NCBI GenBank assembly: GCA_963663235.2
Contig: CAXXNO010000012.1
Span: 128,001-192,000, forward strand
Origin: Dehalococcoidia bacterium
GTDB taxonomy: Bacteria; Chloroflexota; Dehalococcoidia; Bin125
Length of the DNA stretch: 64,000 nt
Reading direction: 5' to 3'
The notes below the pieces were generated by a model. It did not search any database. It had not been told where the DNA came from and saw nothing but the letters and a program-made list of their open reading frames with translations. Numbering within the stretch: position 1 is the stretch's first letter; every line of letters begins with the position of its first letter. Made by a program: the position numbers and the translations under genes. Below, piece after piece: positions 9,272 through 18,222 of the stretch.

Positions 9272-10760
9272 GTGCGTTTCCTCTGACGAACTCTGGATCC
9301 CCCGCTAGCGTAACGGCCAGAGCAAGGGCGGCGGGGCGGTCGCGGACCTCTCCGGCGGCCGCGGCCTCCTGGACCGCGCGGAGGATGCGCCCGATCACCG
9401 GGCCAGGCGGCAGGTCGGTCGCCTCCATGACGGCGTGACCATCGACCAGGCGTGCGAGCATCGCGGCCTCTGGGGGCGGCTCCCAGGTCACGATGCGGCG
9501 GACGTGCGCGACGTACGCCGGCCAGCGGGGCAGTAAGCGGTCGACCCCGGCAGTGGCCAGAGAATCGGCCAGGAAGAGCAGGCAGAGATCGGGCACGACG
9601 TCGCCCAGCGCCCTGTGGAAGCGGTGCAGCGCTCGATCTGTCGGCGGCTCGCCCGGCGCGGCCACCTGCCCGGGGCGGAGGTGCTCCCGGATGAGCAGGG
9701 CGACGCGGTCGATGAGGGCCCCGGAGAAGCGCCAGCGCCGGAGGGCGTCGACCGCCATGTCGGCGCCGATGGAGGCGTGGCCGAAAAAGCGAGTGCTGCC
9801 GTCCGGCTCCAGCGTGAGGGTGGCGGGCTTGCCGACATCGTGGAGGAGTGCGGCCAAGCGGAGCGGGGCGGCGTTGTTCTGGAGGTGGGGGCGGATCTCC
9901 GCAGCGACATCGGCGAGCGGGCCCCAGAAGCCAAGCCAGAGCTCCGAGCGGGGCGCGTCAGGCGGCTCCTCGTCGGCGATCAGGAGATTCACCCAGTCGA
10001 GGGCGGCCAACTGGTGCTCGAAGACGGGGTAGCGGTGATGGGGCCGCTGCTCCATGCCACGGCCGGCCTCCAAGGCAGGAAAACAGAAAGCCAGCGCCGT
10101 CGTCTCTTCGAGGAGCCGCACGGCGCGGGCCGCCCGAGGGGAGGAGAAGAGGCGATGCAACTCCACGCCGATACGCTCCGGGGCTACCCGCTCCAACGCG
10201 GGCACGCGCGCCGGCAGCTCCGCCGCCGTCGCCGGTGCGAGCGAGAAGTCCAGCTCGGCGGCGAGGCGGACGGCGCGGAGGACGCGCAGCGGATCGTCGT
10301 CCAGCACGGCGGGGGCGGTCACGCGGACGACGCCGGCGTCGAGGTCGGCCAGGCCACCGGCGCGATCGACGATCGCGCTGCGGTCGATCGCCGACAGACC
10401 GGCGGCGGGCAGGCGGGAGAGGGGGAAAGCGAGGGCGTCGATGGTGAAGTCGCGGCGGGCGAGATCGGCGTCGAGCGAGGCGGCCATCTGCACGACGTCC
10501 AGGACGCCATCGGCCAAGGGGAGGCGGTAGACGCCACGGCGCTCATCGAGCAGGACGGCTCGCGTCCCCAGGCGGCGCGCGGCGGACTGCGCGAAGGCGC
10601 GGGCGTCGGGGACGGCCACATCGATATCGGTCAGCGAGCGGCCGAGGAGGGAGTCACGGATCGCGCCGCCAACGAGGTAGGCGTCGGCGGCGGCGGCGCG
10701 GGCCAGGATCGCCAAGGCCTCCTGTAGCGGGGGGGGCGCTGGAGACCTCGGGGCGCTCAC
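9264..10760 (-). CDS. Class II tRNA nucleotidyltransferase with HD domain (probably CC-adding)
   Basis: [10 protein letters not shown]....[37 protein letters not shown]. Confidence 0.88.
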   Translation of the reverse strand: MSAPRSPAPPPLQEALAILARAAAADAYLVGGAIRDSLLGRSLTDIDVAVPDARAFAQSAARRLGTRAVLLDERRGVYRLPLADGVLDVVQMAASLDADLARRDFTIDALAFPLSRLPAAGLSAIDRSAIVDRAGGLADLDAGVVRVTAPAVLDDDPLRVLRAVRLAAELDFSLAPATAAELPARVPALERVAPERIGVELHRLFSSPRAARAVRLLEETTALAFCFPALEAGRGMEQRPHHRYPVFEHQLAALDWVNLLIADEEPPDAPRSELWLGFWGPLADVAAEIRPHLQNNAAPLRLAALLHDVGKPATLTLEPDGSTRFFGHASIGADMAVDALRRWRFSGALIDRVALLIREHLRPGQVAAPGEPPTDRALHRFHRALGDVVPDLCLLFLADSLATAGVDRLLPRWPAYVAHVRRIVTWEPPPEAAMLARLVDGHAVMEATDLPPGPVIGRILRAVQEAAAAGEVRDRPAALALAVTLAGDPEFVRGNAHG

Positions 10761-11311
10761 TCGGCCGACAGGTCGGCGGGCAGGTGCCCTTCTCGCTTCG
10801 CGGCCTCGCCTTCTTCCCCCTCGTCGGCTTCGAGATCGTCAAAGGGGTAGAGATCATCGGGTGAAGCGAGATGATCGACGTAGATCGTGCCGTGGATGTG
10901 GTCGATCTCGTGTTCCAAGACCTGCGCTAAGAGTTCATCCGCGGCCTTGATGCGAATCTCCTTGCCGTGGCGATCGAGACCCTTGGCCAAAACTTTGAGG
11001 GAGCGGGTGATCTCGCCACGGTAGCCGGGCACGCTGAGGCAGCCTTCGAAGATGCGGCGCTCGCCGGAGCGCTTGACGATTTCGGGGTTGATGAGAGCGA
11101 CCGGCTCCTCATCCGGGAGGCCGAGGACGACCACGCGCAGCGAAACGCCGATCTGGGGAGCGGCGATGCCGACGCCGTGGGCGGCGTACATCGATTCGAT
11201 CATGTCGTCGATCAAGGTGTGAATCGAGCCGTCGATCCGGTGCACCTTGTTGGCCTTGCGGCGCAGCACGGCCTCATCCGCGGGGAGCACGCAGATCGGC
11301 CGGACGGTCAT
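10757..11311 (-). CDS. def: Peptide deformylase
   Basis: [20 protein letters not shown]; start placed at ATG 11311. Confidence 0.95.
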   Translation of the reverse strand: MTVRPICVLPADEAVLRRKANKVHRIDGSIHTLIDDMIESMYAAHGVGIAAPQIGVSLRVVVLGLPDEEPVALINPEIVKRSGERRIFEGCLSVPGYRGEITRSLKVLAKGLDRHGKEIRIKAADELLAQVLEHEIDHIHGTIYVDHLASPDDLYPFDDLEADEGEEGEAAKREGHLPADLSAE

Positions 11312-11387
11312 CGGTCGCCTCCTCCGCCCCATTCTGGGCGGGCCGCGACGGTGCGGACAAGCAAGACGACAGCAGAGTAGCCGCCGC

Positions 11388-14066
11388 TCAGAGCAAAGAG
11401 ACGGGATCCACGTCGACCGTCCAGCCGCGGCCGAAGTCCAAGCCGCGCAAGAGCGGCAGCGGATCGGCCCCGCGCAGGGTGATCTGCCAGCGGTAGCGGC
11501 CACGGCGGCGGTAGACGTACGCGGGCGTGGGGCCGAGGACCTCCGGTCCGGGGAGCCCGAGGCGGTCCCGCTCCCGGCGCAGGAAATCCGCCAGCGCCTG
11601 GGCCTGATCGCGGGCGCGGGCGGTGTCGGAATCGGCGTGGACGAGGCGGGCCAGCCGACCGAAGGGAGGGTAGTCGTGAGCCGCGCGAGCGGCCATCTCC
11701 GCGTCGAAGAAGGTCTGATAATCATGCGCCGCCGCCGCGGTGATGGCGTAGTGATCCGGGGCGTAGGTCTGCACAACCACGCGCCCACCGCGCGGCCCGC
11801 GGGCGGCGCGGCCGGCCACCTGAGTCAGCAACTGGAAAGTGCGCTCCGGGCCGGTGTAGTCGGGCAGGCGGAGAGAGAGGTCGGCGCTGACCACGCCGAC
11901 CAGGGTCACAGCCGGCAGATCCAGCCCCTTGGCGATCATCTGCGTCCCGATCAGGACATCCGCGTCGCCGCGGAGGAAACGAGCCAGCAGGCGCTCATGG
12001 CCGCCCTTCCCGGCGGCGGTGTCTCGGTCCCAGCGCAGGGTCCGGGCGGCCGGGAAGCGTTTGACCACCTCCTCCTCCAAGCGTTGGGTCCCCAGGCCCA
12101 TCTTGCGCAGGCGGTCCGCCCCGCAGGCAGGGCAGGTGGTGACGGGTTCATTGGAGTGGCCACATTCGTGGCAGCGCATCAGCCCCACGGCGCTGTGGAA
12201 CGTGAGAGGAACAGAGCAGCGCGGGCAGGAGGCGGCCTCGCCGCAGGCGCGACACACGAAGACTGCGGCGCCGCGCCGGTTGAGGAAGAGCATTACCTGC
12301 TGACGCGCCGCCAGGGCGTCGTCGATGGCGGCGGCGAGAAGACGGCTGAAGATGGAACGGTTGCCCGCACGGAGCTCCTCTCGCAGGTCAACCACATCCA
12401 CCGCGGGCAAGGGGACCGGCTCAAGCAGCGACGCCGGATCGGCCGGGTTTGCGCGGCGAACGCGCTGGGGGAGGTCCAGGCGCTGGTAGCGGCCTTGCCC
12501 GGCGCGTGCGGCGGTCACCACGTCCGGGGTCGCCGAGCCGAAGATCGCGACGGCGCCGGTGAGACGGCAGTACTCCTCCACCACCTCACGCACGTGGTAG
12601 CGAGGGGCGGGATCCGTCTGCTTGTAGGTCCACTCGTGCTCTTCATCGACCACAATCAGGGCGAGATCGGGAAGGGGCGCGAAAAGGGCGGAGCGAGAGC
12701 CGATCACCACGTCGGCGTCGCCGCGACGAATGCGCTGCCACTGGTCGTAGGCCTCCCCGAGCGAGAGGGCCGAATGCTGCACCGCCACCCGTCCCGGGAA
12801 GCGCGCGGCAAAGCGATCGACCGTTTGGGGGGTCAGCGCGATCTCCGGCACCAGCACAATGGCGCGGCCGCCGTGGGAGCGGACATGGTCGACGGCAGCG
12901 AGGTAGACCTCCGTCTTGCCGCTGCCCGTCACCCCGTGGAGGAGGAAGCAGGCGCCCGCCGCTCGGCCGAGGGCCCGAGCCGTGCGGGCGCATTCCAAGG
13001 CCTCATGAATCGCGCGGTAGGCCCGGGTCTGGTCGTCCGTCAGGGCCGACGGCGGCACCGGCGAGACCGAGCGGTCAGCGAGCGGGTCGCGCTCGACGTG
13101 GCGACGTTCCCGGCGGAGCAGCCCGGCGTCCGCGAGGGCAGCGATGTCCGCCCGAGTGGCGCCGCTCTCCGCGCGGAGGGCGACCTCCGAGCCGGCCCCG
13201 CCAAGCAGCGCGTCCAGCGCCGCCACCTGGGCACGCTCGGCGCGGGTGCGTCTGAGGGAATGCACCGCGGCGGTCAGTGTTTCCACATCGACGATGGCGC
13301 GAACGGTATCGCCGTCGCGGGTGAGCAGGCCACCGCGATCGAGCATGCGGTCGAGCCCGGCACGCCCGCCGGCAAGGCGCCTGGCGTCCGGCAGCGGGAG
13401 AGGCCCATCGACAAGCCGCTCCAGTAGATCGGCCTGCCGCGAGCGTCGGGACTGAGGCCAGGCAGCGATCGCCGAGCGCGCGGCGGCCGCGTCGACGTCG
13501 AGCGCCACGCGCGTCTCGACCTTCTCGCGGACGCCCGGCGGCGCGAGCTCGTAGCGCTCCTGCGCCAGGCCGCGACGCAGAAGCGATCGCACCACCGGCC
13601 CGACTCTTGCGCCAGCGGGCAGCGTCAGCGAATCAACGGCCAGCTCGCCCTTGGCGGCCAACATCGCCAGAACCGCCCGCTCGCCGCTACTGAGGTCCTC
13701 GTCGCGCGCGGGCGCGGGCCCCGGGGAGGCGCTGAGTAGGCGACGGGGGCGTCGCTCGAAGCCGGGAGGCAAGAAGAGCGCGACGGCGCTGAAGATCGGG
13801 GCCAGATAGCCATCGGCGATCCAGCGAGTGAGCATGGCCTGCGCAACGGTGAGTAAACGCCCACCTTCGACGAGAGAGAGGACCTCGCGCGGTTCGGCGA
13901 CCGCGGGGTTGTCAGTCAGTTGCAGGACCACGCCCTGGACTACCTGGCGGCCGAAGGGGACGTAGACGCCATCGCCGACACGAACGGTCAGGTGATCGGG
14001 GATGGCGTAGGTGAAGGTCCCTCGATGCGGGCGGCCGGAATAGACAGCCACCTCGGCGAACGGCAC
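11388..14066 (-). CDS. priA: Primosomal protein N' (PriA helicase)
   Basis: [26 protein letters not shown], four CxxC pairs, [11 protein letters not shown]-terminal DVDP.SLL. Confidence 0.96.
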   Translation of the reverse strand: MPFAEVAVYSGRPHRGTFTYAIPDHLTVRVGDGVYVPFGRQVVQGVVLQLTDNPAVAEPREVLSLVEGGRLLTVAQAMLTRWIADGYLAPIFSAVALFLPPGFERRPRRLLSASPGPAPARDEDLSSGERAVLAMLAAKGELAVDSLTLPAGARVGPVVRSLLRRGLAQERYELAPPGVREKVETRVALDVDAAAARSAIAAWPQSRRSRQADLLERLVDGPLPLPDARRLAGGRAGLDRMLDRGGLLTRDGDTVRAIVDVETLTAAVHSLRRTRAERAQVAALDALLGGAGSEVALRAESGATRADIAALADAGLLRRERRHVERDPLADRSVSPVPPSALTDDQTRAYRAIHEALECARTARALGRAAGACFLLHGVTGSGKTEVYLAAVDHVRSHGGRAIVLVPEIALTPQTVDRFAARFPGRVAVQHSALSLGEAYDQWQRIRRGDADVVIGSRSALFAPLPDLALIVVDEEHEWTYKQTDPAPRYHVREVVEEYCRLTGAVAIFGSATPDVVTAARAGQGRYQRLDLPQRVRRANPADPASLLEPVPLPAVDVVDLREELRAGNRSIFSRLLAAAIDDALAARQQVMLFLNRRGAAVFVCRACGEAASCPRCSVPLTFHSAVGLMRCHECGHSNEPVTTCPACGADRLRKMGLGTQRLEEEVVKRFPAARTLRWDRDTAAGKGGHERLLARFLRGDADVLIGTQMIAKGLDLPAVTLVGVVSADLSLRLPDYTGPERTFQLLTQVAGRAARGPRGGRVVVQTYAPDHYAITAAAAHDYQTFFDAEMAARAAHDYPPFGRLARLVHADSDTARARDQAQALADFLRRERDRLGLPGPEVLGPTPAYVYRRRGRYRWQITLRGADPLPLLRGLDFGRGWTVDVDPVSLL

Positions 14067-14099
14067 CGAGGAAACTCCTAACCGCCGGCCAATCCGACG

Positions 14100-14468
14100 C
14101 TAGTAGGTATGGATGACGCGGGTCGCGTGGCGAGGCCGCTCCGGGATACGGGCGGCCTTTCCGGTGCGGCCGCGGAGGTAGTAGAGTTTCGCGCGCCGGA
14201 CGCGGCCACGGCGCGTGACCTCAACTTTCTCCACGCGGGGTGAGTAATAGAGGAATATCCGCTCCACACCGACGCCGTGCGTGTGGCGTCGGACGGTGAA
14301 GTTGCTGGAGCTGCCCTTGCGGCGGATGCTGAGCACCACGCCCTCAAAGATCTGGGTGCGTTCGCGGTCGCCTTCGACGACTTTGACATGGACGCGAACC
14401 GTGTCGCCGGGCTGGAACTCGGCGATGTTGGGGTTGCGCTCGATCTCGAGGAGGTCGGTGCGATCCAT
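14100..14468 (-). CDS. rplS: 50S ribosomal protein L19
   Basis: [37 protein letters not shown]. Confidence 0.98.
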   Translation of the reverse strand: MDRTDLLEIERNPNIAEFQPGDTVRVHVKVVEGDRERTQIFEGVVLSIRRKGSSSNFTVRRHTHGVGVERIFLYYSPRVEKVEVTRRGRVRRAKLYYLRGRTGKAARIPERPRHATRVIHTY

Positions 14469-14473
14469 CTTTA

Positions 14474-14900
14474 ATTAATCGCGGTCGTGGCGGGGAGATG
14501 GGCGCGGGCAGGATGCCTGCGCGTCGATGTCCCGAGGTCCGCCATCCTTTCTTTCATTAATCGCGGTCCTGGCGGGGAGATGGGCGCGGGCAGGATGCCT
14601 GCGCGTCGATGTCCCGAGGTCCGCCATCCTTTCTTTCATTAATCGCGGTCGTGGCGGGGAGATGGGCGCGGGCAGGACGCCTACGCGTCGATGTCCTGAG
14701 GTCCGCCATCCTTTCTTTCATTTCTTTCATTAATCGCGGTCGGGACATCGAACTCCGCGCGGTCCGCATGCTTGCGCGTCGAGGGCGCTAGGCTTGCCGA
14801 ACCCGCTCCTTCAAAATCGCGGTCGCGGCCTCTGTATCATCCCATCAGGTGAATCCGCGCGTCGAGGGCGCCAGGTCCGGCAAAAACCATCGGCCGAATC
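14474..14900. repeat. Array of 82-83-bp units in the rplS leader (3 near-identical plus 2 diverged)
   Basis: AATCGCGGTC at 14477, 14559, 14641, 14732, 14815; (G/A)CGCGTCGA exactly 42 bp after each. Confidence 0.9.
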
Positions 14901-14914
14901 CCGAGACACCGTGC

Positions 14915-14920
14915 ATTGTA
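14915..14920 (-). promoter_or_regulatory. Putative -10 box TACAAT for an rplS transcript starting after trmD
   Basis: Reverse complement of ATTGTA, just after the trmD stop; no clear -35. Confidence 0.4.
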
Positions 14921-14935
14921 GAGGGCGCGACGGGG

Positions 14936-15676
14936 TCAGGGCGAGCCATCGTGTCGCTCTTGCAGGTAGGGGGCCCGCTCCTCCGCGGTGAGATCGGCGC
15001 GGGCAAGGAGATCGGGGCGCCGCGCGGCCGTCCGGTGGATGCGTTGTTCGCGGCGCCAGCGTGCGATCTCGGCATGATTGCCGCTCAGCAGCACCTCGGG
15101 CACGTTCCAGCCGCGAAACTCCGCCGGCCGCGTGTAGTGGGGGTATTCGAGCAGCCCACCGACGTGCGACTCCTCCAGCACCGACTCCGCCGAGCCGAGC
15201 GACCCCGGGAGCAGGCGCACCACAGCGTCGACCAGCACGAGGGCAGGGAGTTCCCCGCCCCCCAAGACGTAGTCGCCGATGGAGATCTCATCGTCGGCCA
15301 AGTGGACGCGGACCCGCTCATCGACCCCCTCGTAGCGGCCGCAGAGCAGGATCAGCCGCGGCGCCGCGCTCAACTCCTGCACGATCTCCTGCGTCAAGAG
15401 GCGGCCCTGCGGGGTGAGCAGGATGACGCTCCCCGGAGGCTCGTCGGCCGCGCGCAGCGCTTCCACGGCCTGGAAGAGGGGCTCCGGCCGCATGACCATC
15501 CCAGCGCCGCCGCCGTAAGGGGCGTCGTCGACGGTGCGATGGCGGTCCTGTGCCCAGTCGCGCAGGTCGTGGACGGCGACGCGGACGATCCCGCGCTTCT
15601 GGGCCCGGCCCACGATGCTGGCCTCCAGCGGAGCGCGAAGCATGTCCGGGAAGATCGTGAGGACGTCGATCAGCAT
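14936..15676 (-). CDS. trmD: tRNA (guanine37-N1)-methyltransferase
   Basis: [48 protein letters not shown]. Confidence 0.98.
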   Translation of the reverse strand: MLIDVLTIFPDMLRAPLEASIVGRAQKRGIVRVAVHDLRDWAQDRHRTVDDAPYGGGAGMVMRPEPLFQAVEALRAADEPPGSVILLTPQGRLLTQEIVQELSAAPRLILLCGRYEGVDERVRVHLADDEISIGDYVLGGGELPALVLVDAVVRLLPGSLGSAESVLEESHVGGLLEYPHYTRPAEFRGWNVPEVLLSGNHAEIARWRREQRIHRTAARRPDLLARADLTAEERAPYLQERHDGSP

Positions 15677-15688
15677 CGGCGGAGCCCA

Positions 15689-16186
15689 TCAGACCGGATG
15701 GCGGTCGCCCTGGCCGGCGATGACGTCGAGGGCGTGGGGCAACACGGGCATCACAGCAGCGAGGTTTTCACGCACAGCCTTTTCCGAACCCGGGAGGTTC
15801 AGCACCAGCGTGCGCCCGGCCACCCCGACCAGTCCCCGGCTGAGAGCGGCCATGGGCGTGCGCTTGAGCCCCTCCCAGCGCATGAGCTCGGCGAGGCCGG
15901 GGATCTCCCGATCCAGCAGGGGCCGCGTGGCCTCCGGGGTCACGTCGCGCGGCCCCAGACCGGTGCCTCCGGTGGTGACCAAGAGATCGATATCGCCGGC
16001 GGCCAGCCAGTCGCGGAGGGTCTGGGTGATGCGATCGCGGTCGTCGGGGATGATCGCCTTTTGGACGATCTCAGGACTTAAGGGTTCAAGCAGCTTAGCG
16101 ATTGTGGGGCCAGCCGTGTCGTCAAACTGCCCGCGGCTGGCGCGGTCGCTGAGGGTAAGGATGGCCAGTCGAAGACGTTTCGCCAT
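15689..16186 (-). CDS. MogA/MoaB family molybdopterin adenylyltransferase
   Basis: ILTLSDR, TTGGTGLGPRDVTPEAT, LSRG, NLPGS. Confidence 0.92.
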   Translation of the reverse strand: MAKRLRLAILTLSDRASRGQFDDTAGPTIAKLLEPLSPEIVQKAIIPDDRDRITQTLRDWLAAGDIDLLVTTGGTGLGPRDVTPEATRPLLDREIPGLAELMRWEGLKRTPMAALSRGLVGVAGRTLVLNLPGSEKAVRENLAAVMPVLPHALDVIAGQGDRHPV

Positions 16187-16279
16187 CTGGTCCACCTCCA
16201 GCCGGTGGAGTTGCGGTTCGGGTCCAGCCCGGCTTAGAACCGCGGCGAAAGTTTTAACAAAGGTTCTGAGCCAGCGAGC

Positions 16280-16334
16280 TTGACATACCGGGCGTCCGAT
16301 GGGACACTTTGGCACGTTGTGGGGATGAATGGGG
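16280..16334 (+). promoter_or_regulatory. dcw promoter with MraZ operator boxes
   Basis: TTGACA at 16280 with GACACT 17 bp later; TGGGA/TGGCA/TGGGG/TGGGG at 16300, 16310, 16320, 16330 (exact 10-bp phasing). Confidence 0.8.
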
Positions 16335-16381
16335 CATGACCCTTCGTGCCCCTAGCGAGAAACGGGTGACTGCGATTCATT

Positions 16382-16816
16382 ATGGCATTCCGCGGCACCT
16401 ACGAACACTCCCTGGACGACCGGGGACGGGTCGCAATCCCCGCGCGCTTTCGCGAAGCCTTCGCGGACGGCGGGGTGCTGGCTCCCAGTCCCGACGGCTG
16501 CCTGGAGCTGTATACCAGCACGGAATTCGAGGAGACGGCGCAGGAGATGACCGCGGAGGGCGCGCAGCGCCAGCGTGGCCGCCGCCTCCGCCGCGGTCTC
16601 TACGCCCGCTCGTGGGACGTGGAGGTCGACCGGCAGGGGCGCATCCTGGTCCCGCCGGCGCTGCGCGACCTGCTGGGGCCCGACGGCGCGGTGGTCTTCG
16701 CCGGCCGGCGGGAGTGCCTGGAGATCTGGAGTCTTCAGCGCTGGCAGCAGGAACTGGCGGTGGTGGAGCGCGAATACGCCGCGAACCTCGAAGCCCAAGA
16801 GGCGTCCGAAGCATGA
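16382..16816 (+). CDS. mraZ: Transcriptional repressor MraZ
   Basis: FRGTYEHSLDDRGRVAIPARFR, DRQGRILVP, LEIW. Confidence 0.96.
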   Translation: MAFRGTYEHSLDDRGRVAIPARFREAFADGGVLAPSPDGCLELYTSTEFEETAQEMTAEGAQRQRGRRLRRGLYARSWDVEVDRQGRILVPPALRDLLGPDGAVVFAGRRECLEIWSLQRWQQELAVVEREYAANLEAQEASEA

Positions 16817-17715
16817 ACGAGACGCCCATGCACACACCGGTGATGGTTGCCGAGGTGCTGGAGTACCTCCATGTGCGACCGGATGGCCGCTACATCGATT
16901 GCACGGTCGGGAGCGGTGGGCACGCCGAGGCGATCCTGAACGCGTCGCGGCCCGACGGTCGCCTACTGGGGATCGACGCCGACCCGGAGGCCATCGCCAC
17001 GGCAGCCCAGCGACTGCGGCCATTCGGTGCGCGGGTCACGCTGGTGGAGCGCTATTTCGACGACGTCGCGGAGGTCGCCCGCGCGGCCGGCTTTGCGCCG
17101 GCGGATGGGCTGGTCTGCGACTTGGGGGTCTCCAGCCCGCAACTAGAGCGGCCGGAGCGGGGCTTCTCTTTCCAGCGTGAAGGCCCACTGGACATGCGTT
17201 TCGGACCGACGGCGGAGACAACGGCCGCCGAGATCATCAATCACACATCGGAAAAGGAGCTAGCGCGGATTCTGTACGAGTACGGCGACGAGCGGCGATC
17301 GCGCCGCATCGCGCGCCGGATCGTTGGGAGCCGACCGTTCGGCTCCACCACCCAATTTGCCAAAGCCGTCGAGCAGGCCGCGGGGGAGGGCCGCCAACCC
17401 AGAAGAAGTAGTAGAGTTCACCCCGCCACCAAAACCTTCCTGGCCCTTCGCATTGCGGTCAATCAGGAGCTTCGGCGCCTGGAGATCGCGCTGGCCGAAG
17501 CCCGCGGCCTGCTCGGCTTTGGATCCCGTCTAGTAGTCATCAGTTTTCACTCGCTGGAGGATCGCATCGTCAAGCGCTTCCTGGTGGAAGCGTCCCGAGG
17601 GGAAGCGCCCAGCTTCCGCCTCCTGACGCGCAAAGTGGTGCGACCCAGCGTCGATGAGGTGCAGCGCAACCCGCGCAGTCGCAGCGCGCGGCTACGCGCG
17701 GCCGAGGCCATCTAA
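16813..17715 (+). CDS. rsmH: 16S rRNA m4C1402 methyltransferase
   Basis: HTPVM, DCTVGSGGH, DLGVSSPQL, GPLDMR, ISFHSLEDRIVK, NPRSRSARLR. Confidence 0.97.
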   Translation: MNETPMHTPVMVAEVLEYLHVRPDGRYIDCTVGSGGHAEAILNASRPDGRLLGIDADPEAIATAAQRLRPFGARVTLVERYFDDVAEVARAAGFAPADGLVCDLGVSSPQLERPERGFSFQREGPLDMRFGPTAETTAAEIINHTSEKELARILYEYGDERRSRRIARRIVGSRPFGSTTQFAKAVEQAAGEGRQPRRSSRVHPATKTFLALRIAVNQELRRLEIALAEARGLLGFGSRLVVISFHSLEDRIVKRFLVEASRGEAPSFRLLTRKVVRPSVDEVQRNPRSRSARLRAAEAI

Positions 17716-17717
17716 CG

Positions 17718-18164
17718 ATGCGGCGCAGCGCCGTCTTGCCGACGCCCAGTGCGCGGCAGGCGACGTTGCGAGTGCAGCCGATTCACTCCGTCCGGATCCC
17801 GATCTGGGTGTGGGTGGGAGCAGCAGGACTGGCCGTGGCCGCGCTGCTGCCTATCGCGCAGACTAGCGACGCCACCACGACCGGCGCCACGCTCCAGGAA
17901 TTGGAGCGGGAGCGGGCGGCCGCGCAGGCCGAGGTGCGGCTGCTGGCCTCGCAGGTCGGAGAGCTGGCATCTCTGAGCCGGATTGAGCAAGCGGCCAGCG
18001 AACGGCTTCATCTCACGGTTGCGCGCCCCACGACCGTACTGCATGCGAACACGCCGCCACCGGAGCGGCTCCTCCCCGTCCGTTTCATGCCGGAGCGAGA
18101 GACGGGACCGGAGGAGAGCCGGGCCTGGTGGCAACGCGTTCTGGACGTGCTGGTCTTCGACTAG
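17718..18164 (+). CDS. ftsL: FtsL-like cell division protein
   Basis: Lies between rsmH and ftsI; TM helix, coiled coil, L.SL.RIE..A...L.L. Confidence 0.7.
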   Translation: MRRSAVLPTPSARQATLRVQPIHSVRIPIWVWVGAAGLAVAALLPIAQTSDATTTGATLQELERERAAAQAEVRLLASQVGELASLSRIEQAASERLHLTVARPTTVLHANTPPPERLLPVRFMPERETGPEESRAWWQRVLDVLVFD

Positions 18165-18165
18165 G

Positions 18166-18205
18166 CGACACGTCCGCCCCCTTAGTCGGCTGGGCGGACG
18201 TGTCG
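18166..18205. other. Perfect 14-bp intergenic hairpin
   Basis: CGACACGTCCGCCC / GGGCGGACGTGTCG. Confidence 0.75.
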
Positions 18206-18222
18206 GTCTGGAGTGAGGGGCG

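Noticed and set aside
11247-13427. 726-aa plus-strand ORF and similar long ORFs (678-1721, 9615-10727, 47724-49118, 50468-52372, 56542-58128)
   Set aside because: Antisense or alternate-frame shadows of well-supported genes, expected in high-GC DNA; no recognisable motifs.
14474-14900. Calling the rplS-upstream array a CRISPR
   Set aside because: No cas genes in the window, three 'spacers' are near-identical, and the conserved part is split and degenerate rather than one palindromic repeat. Kept as an unexplained array.
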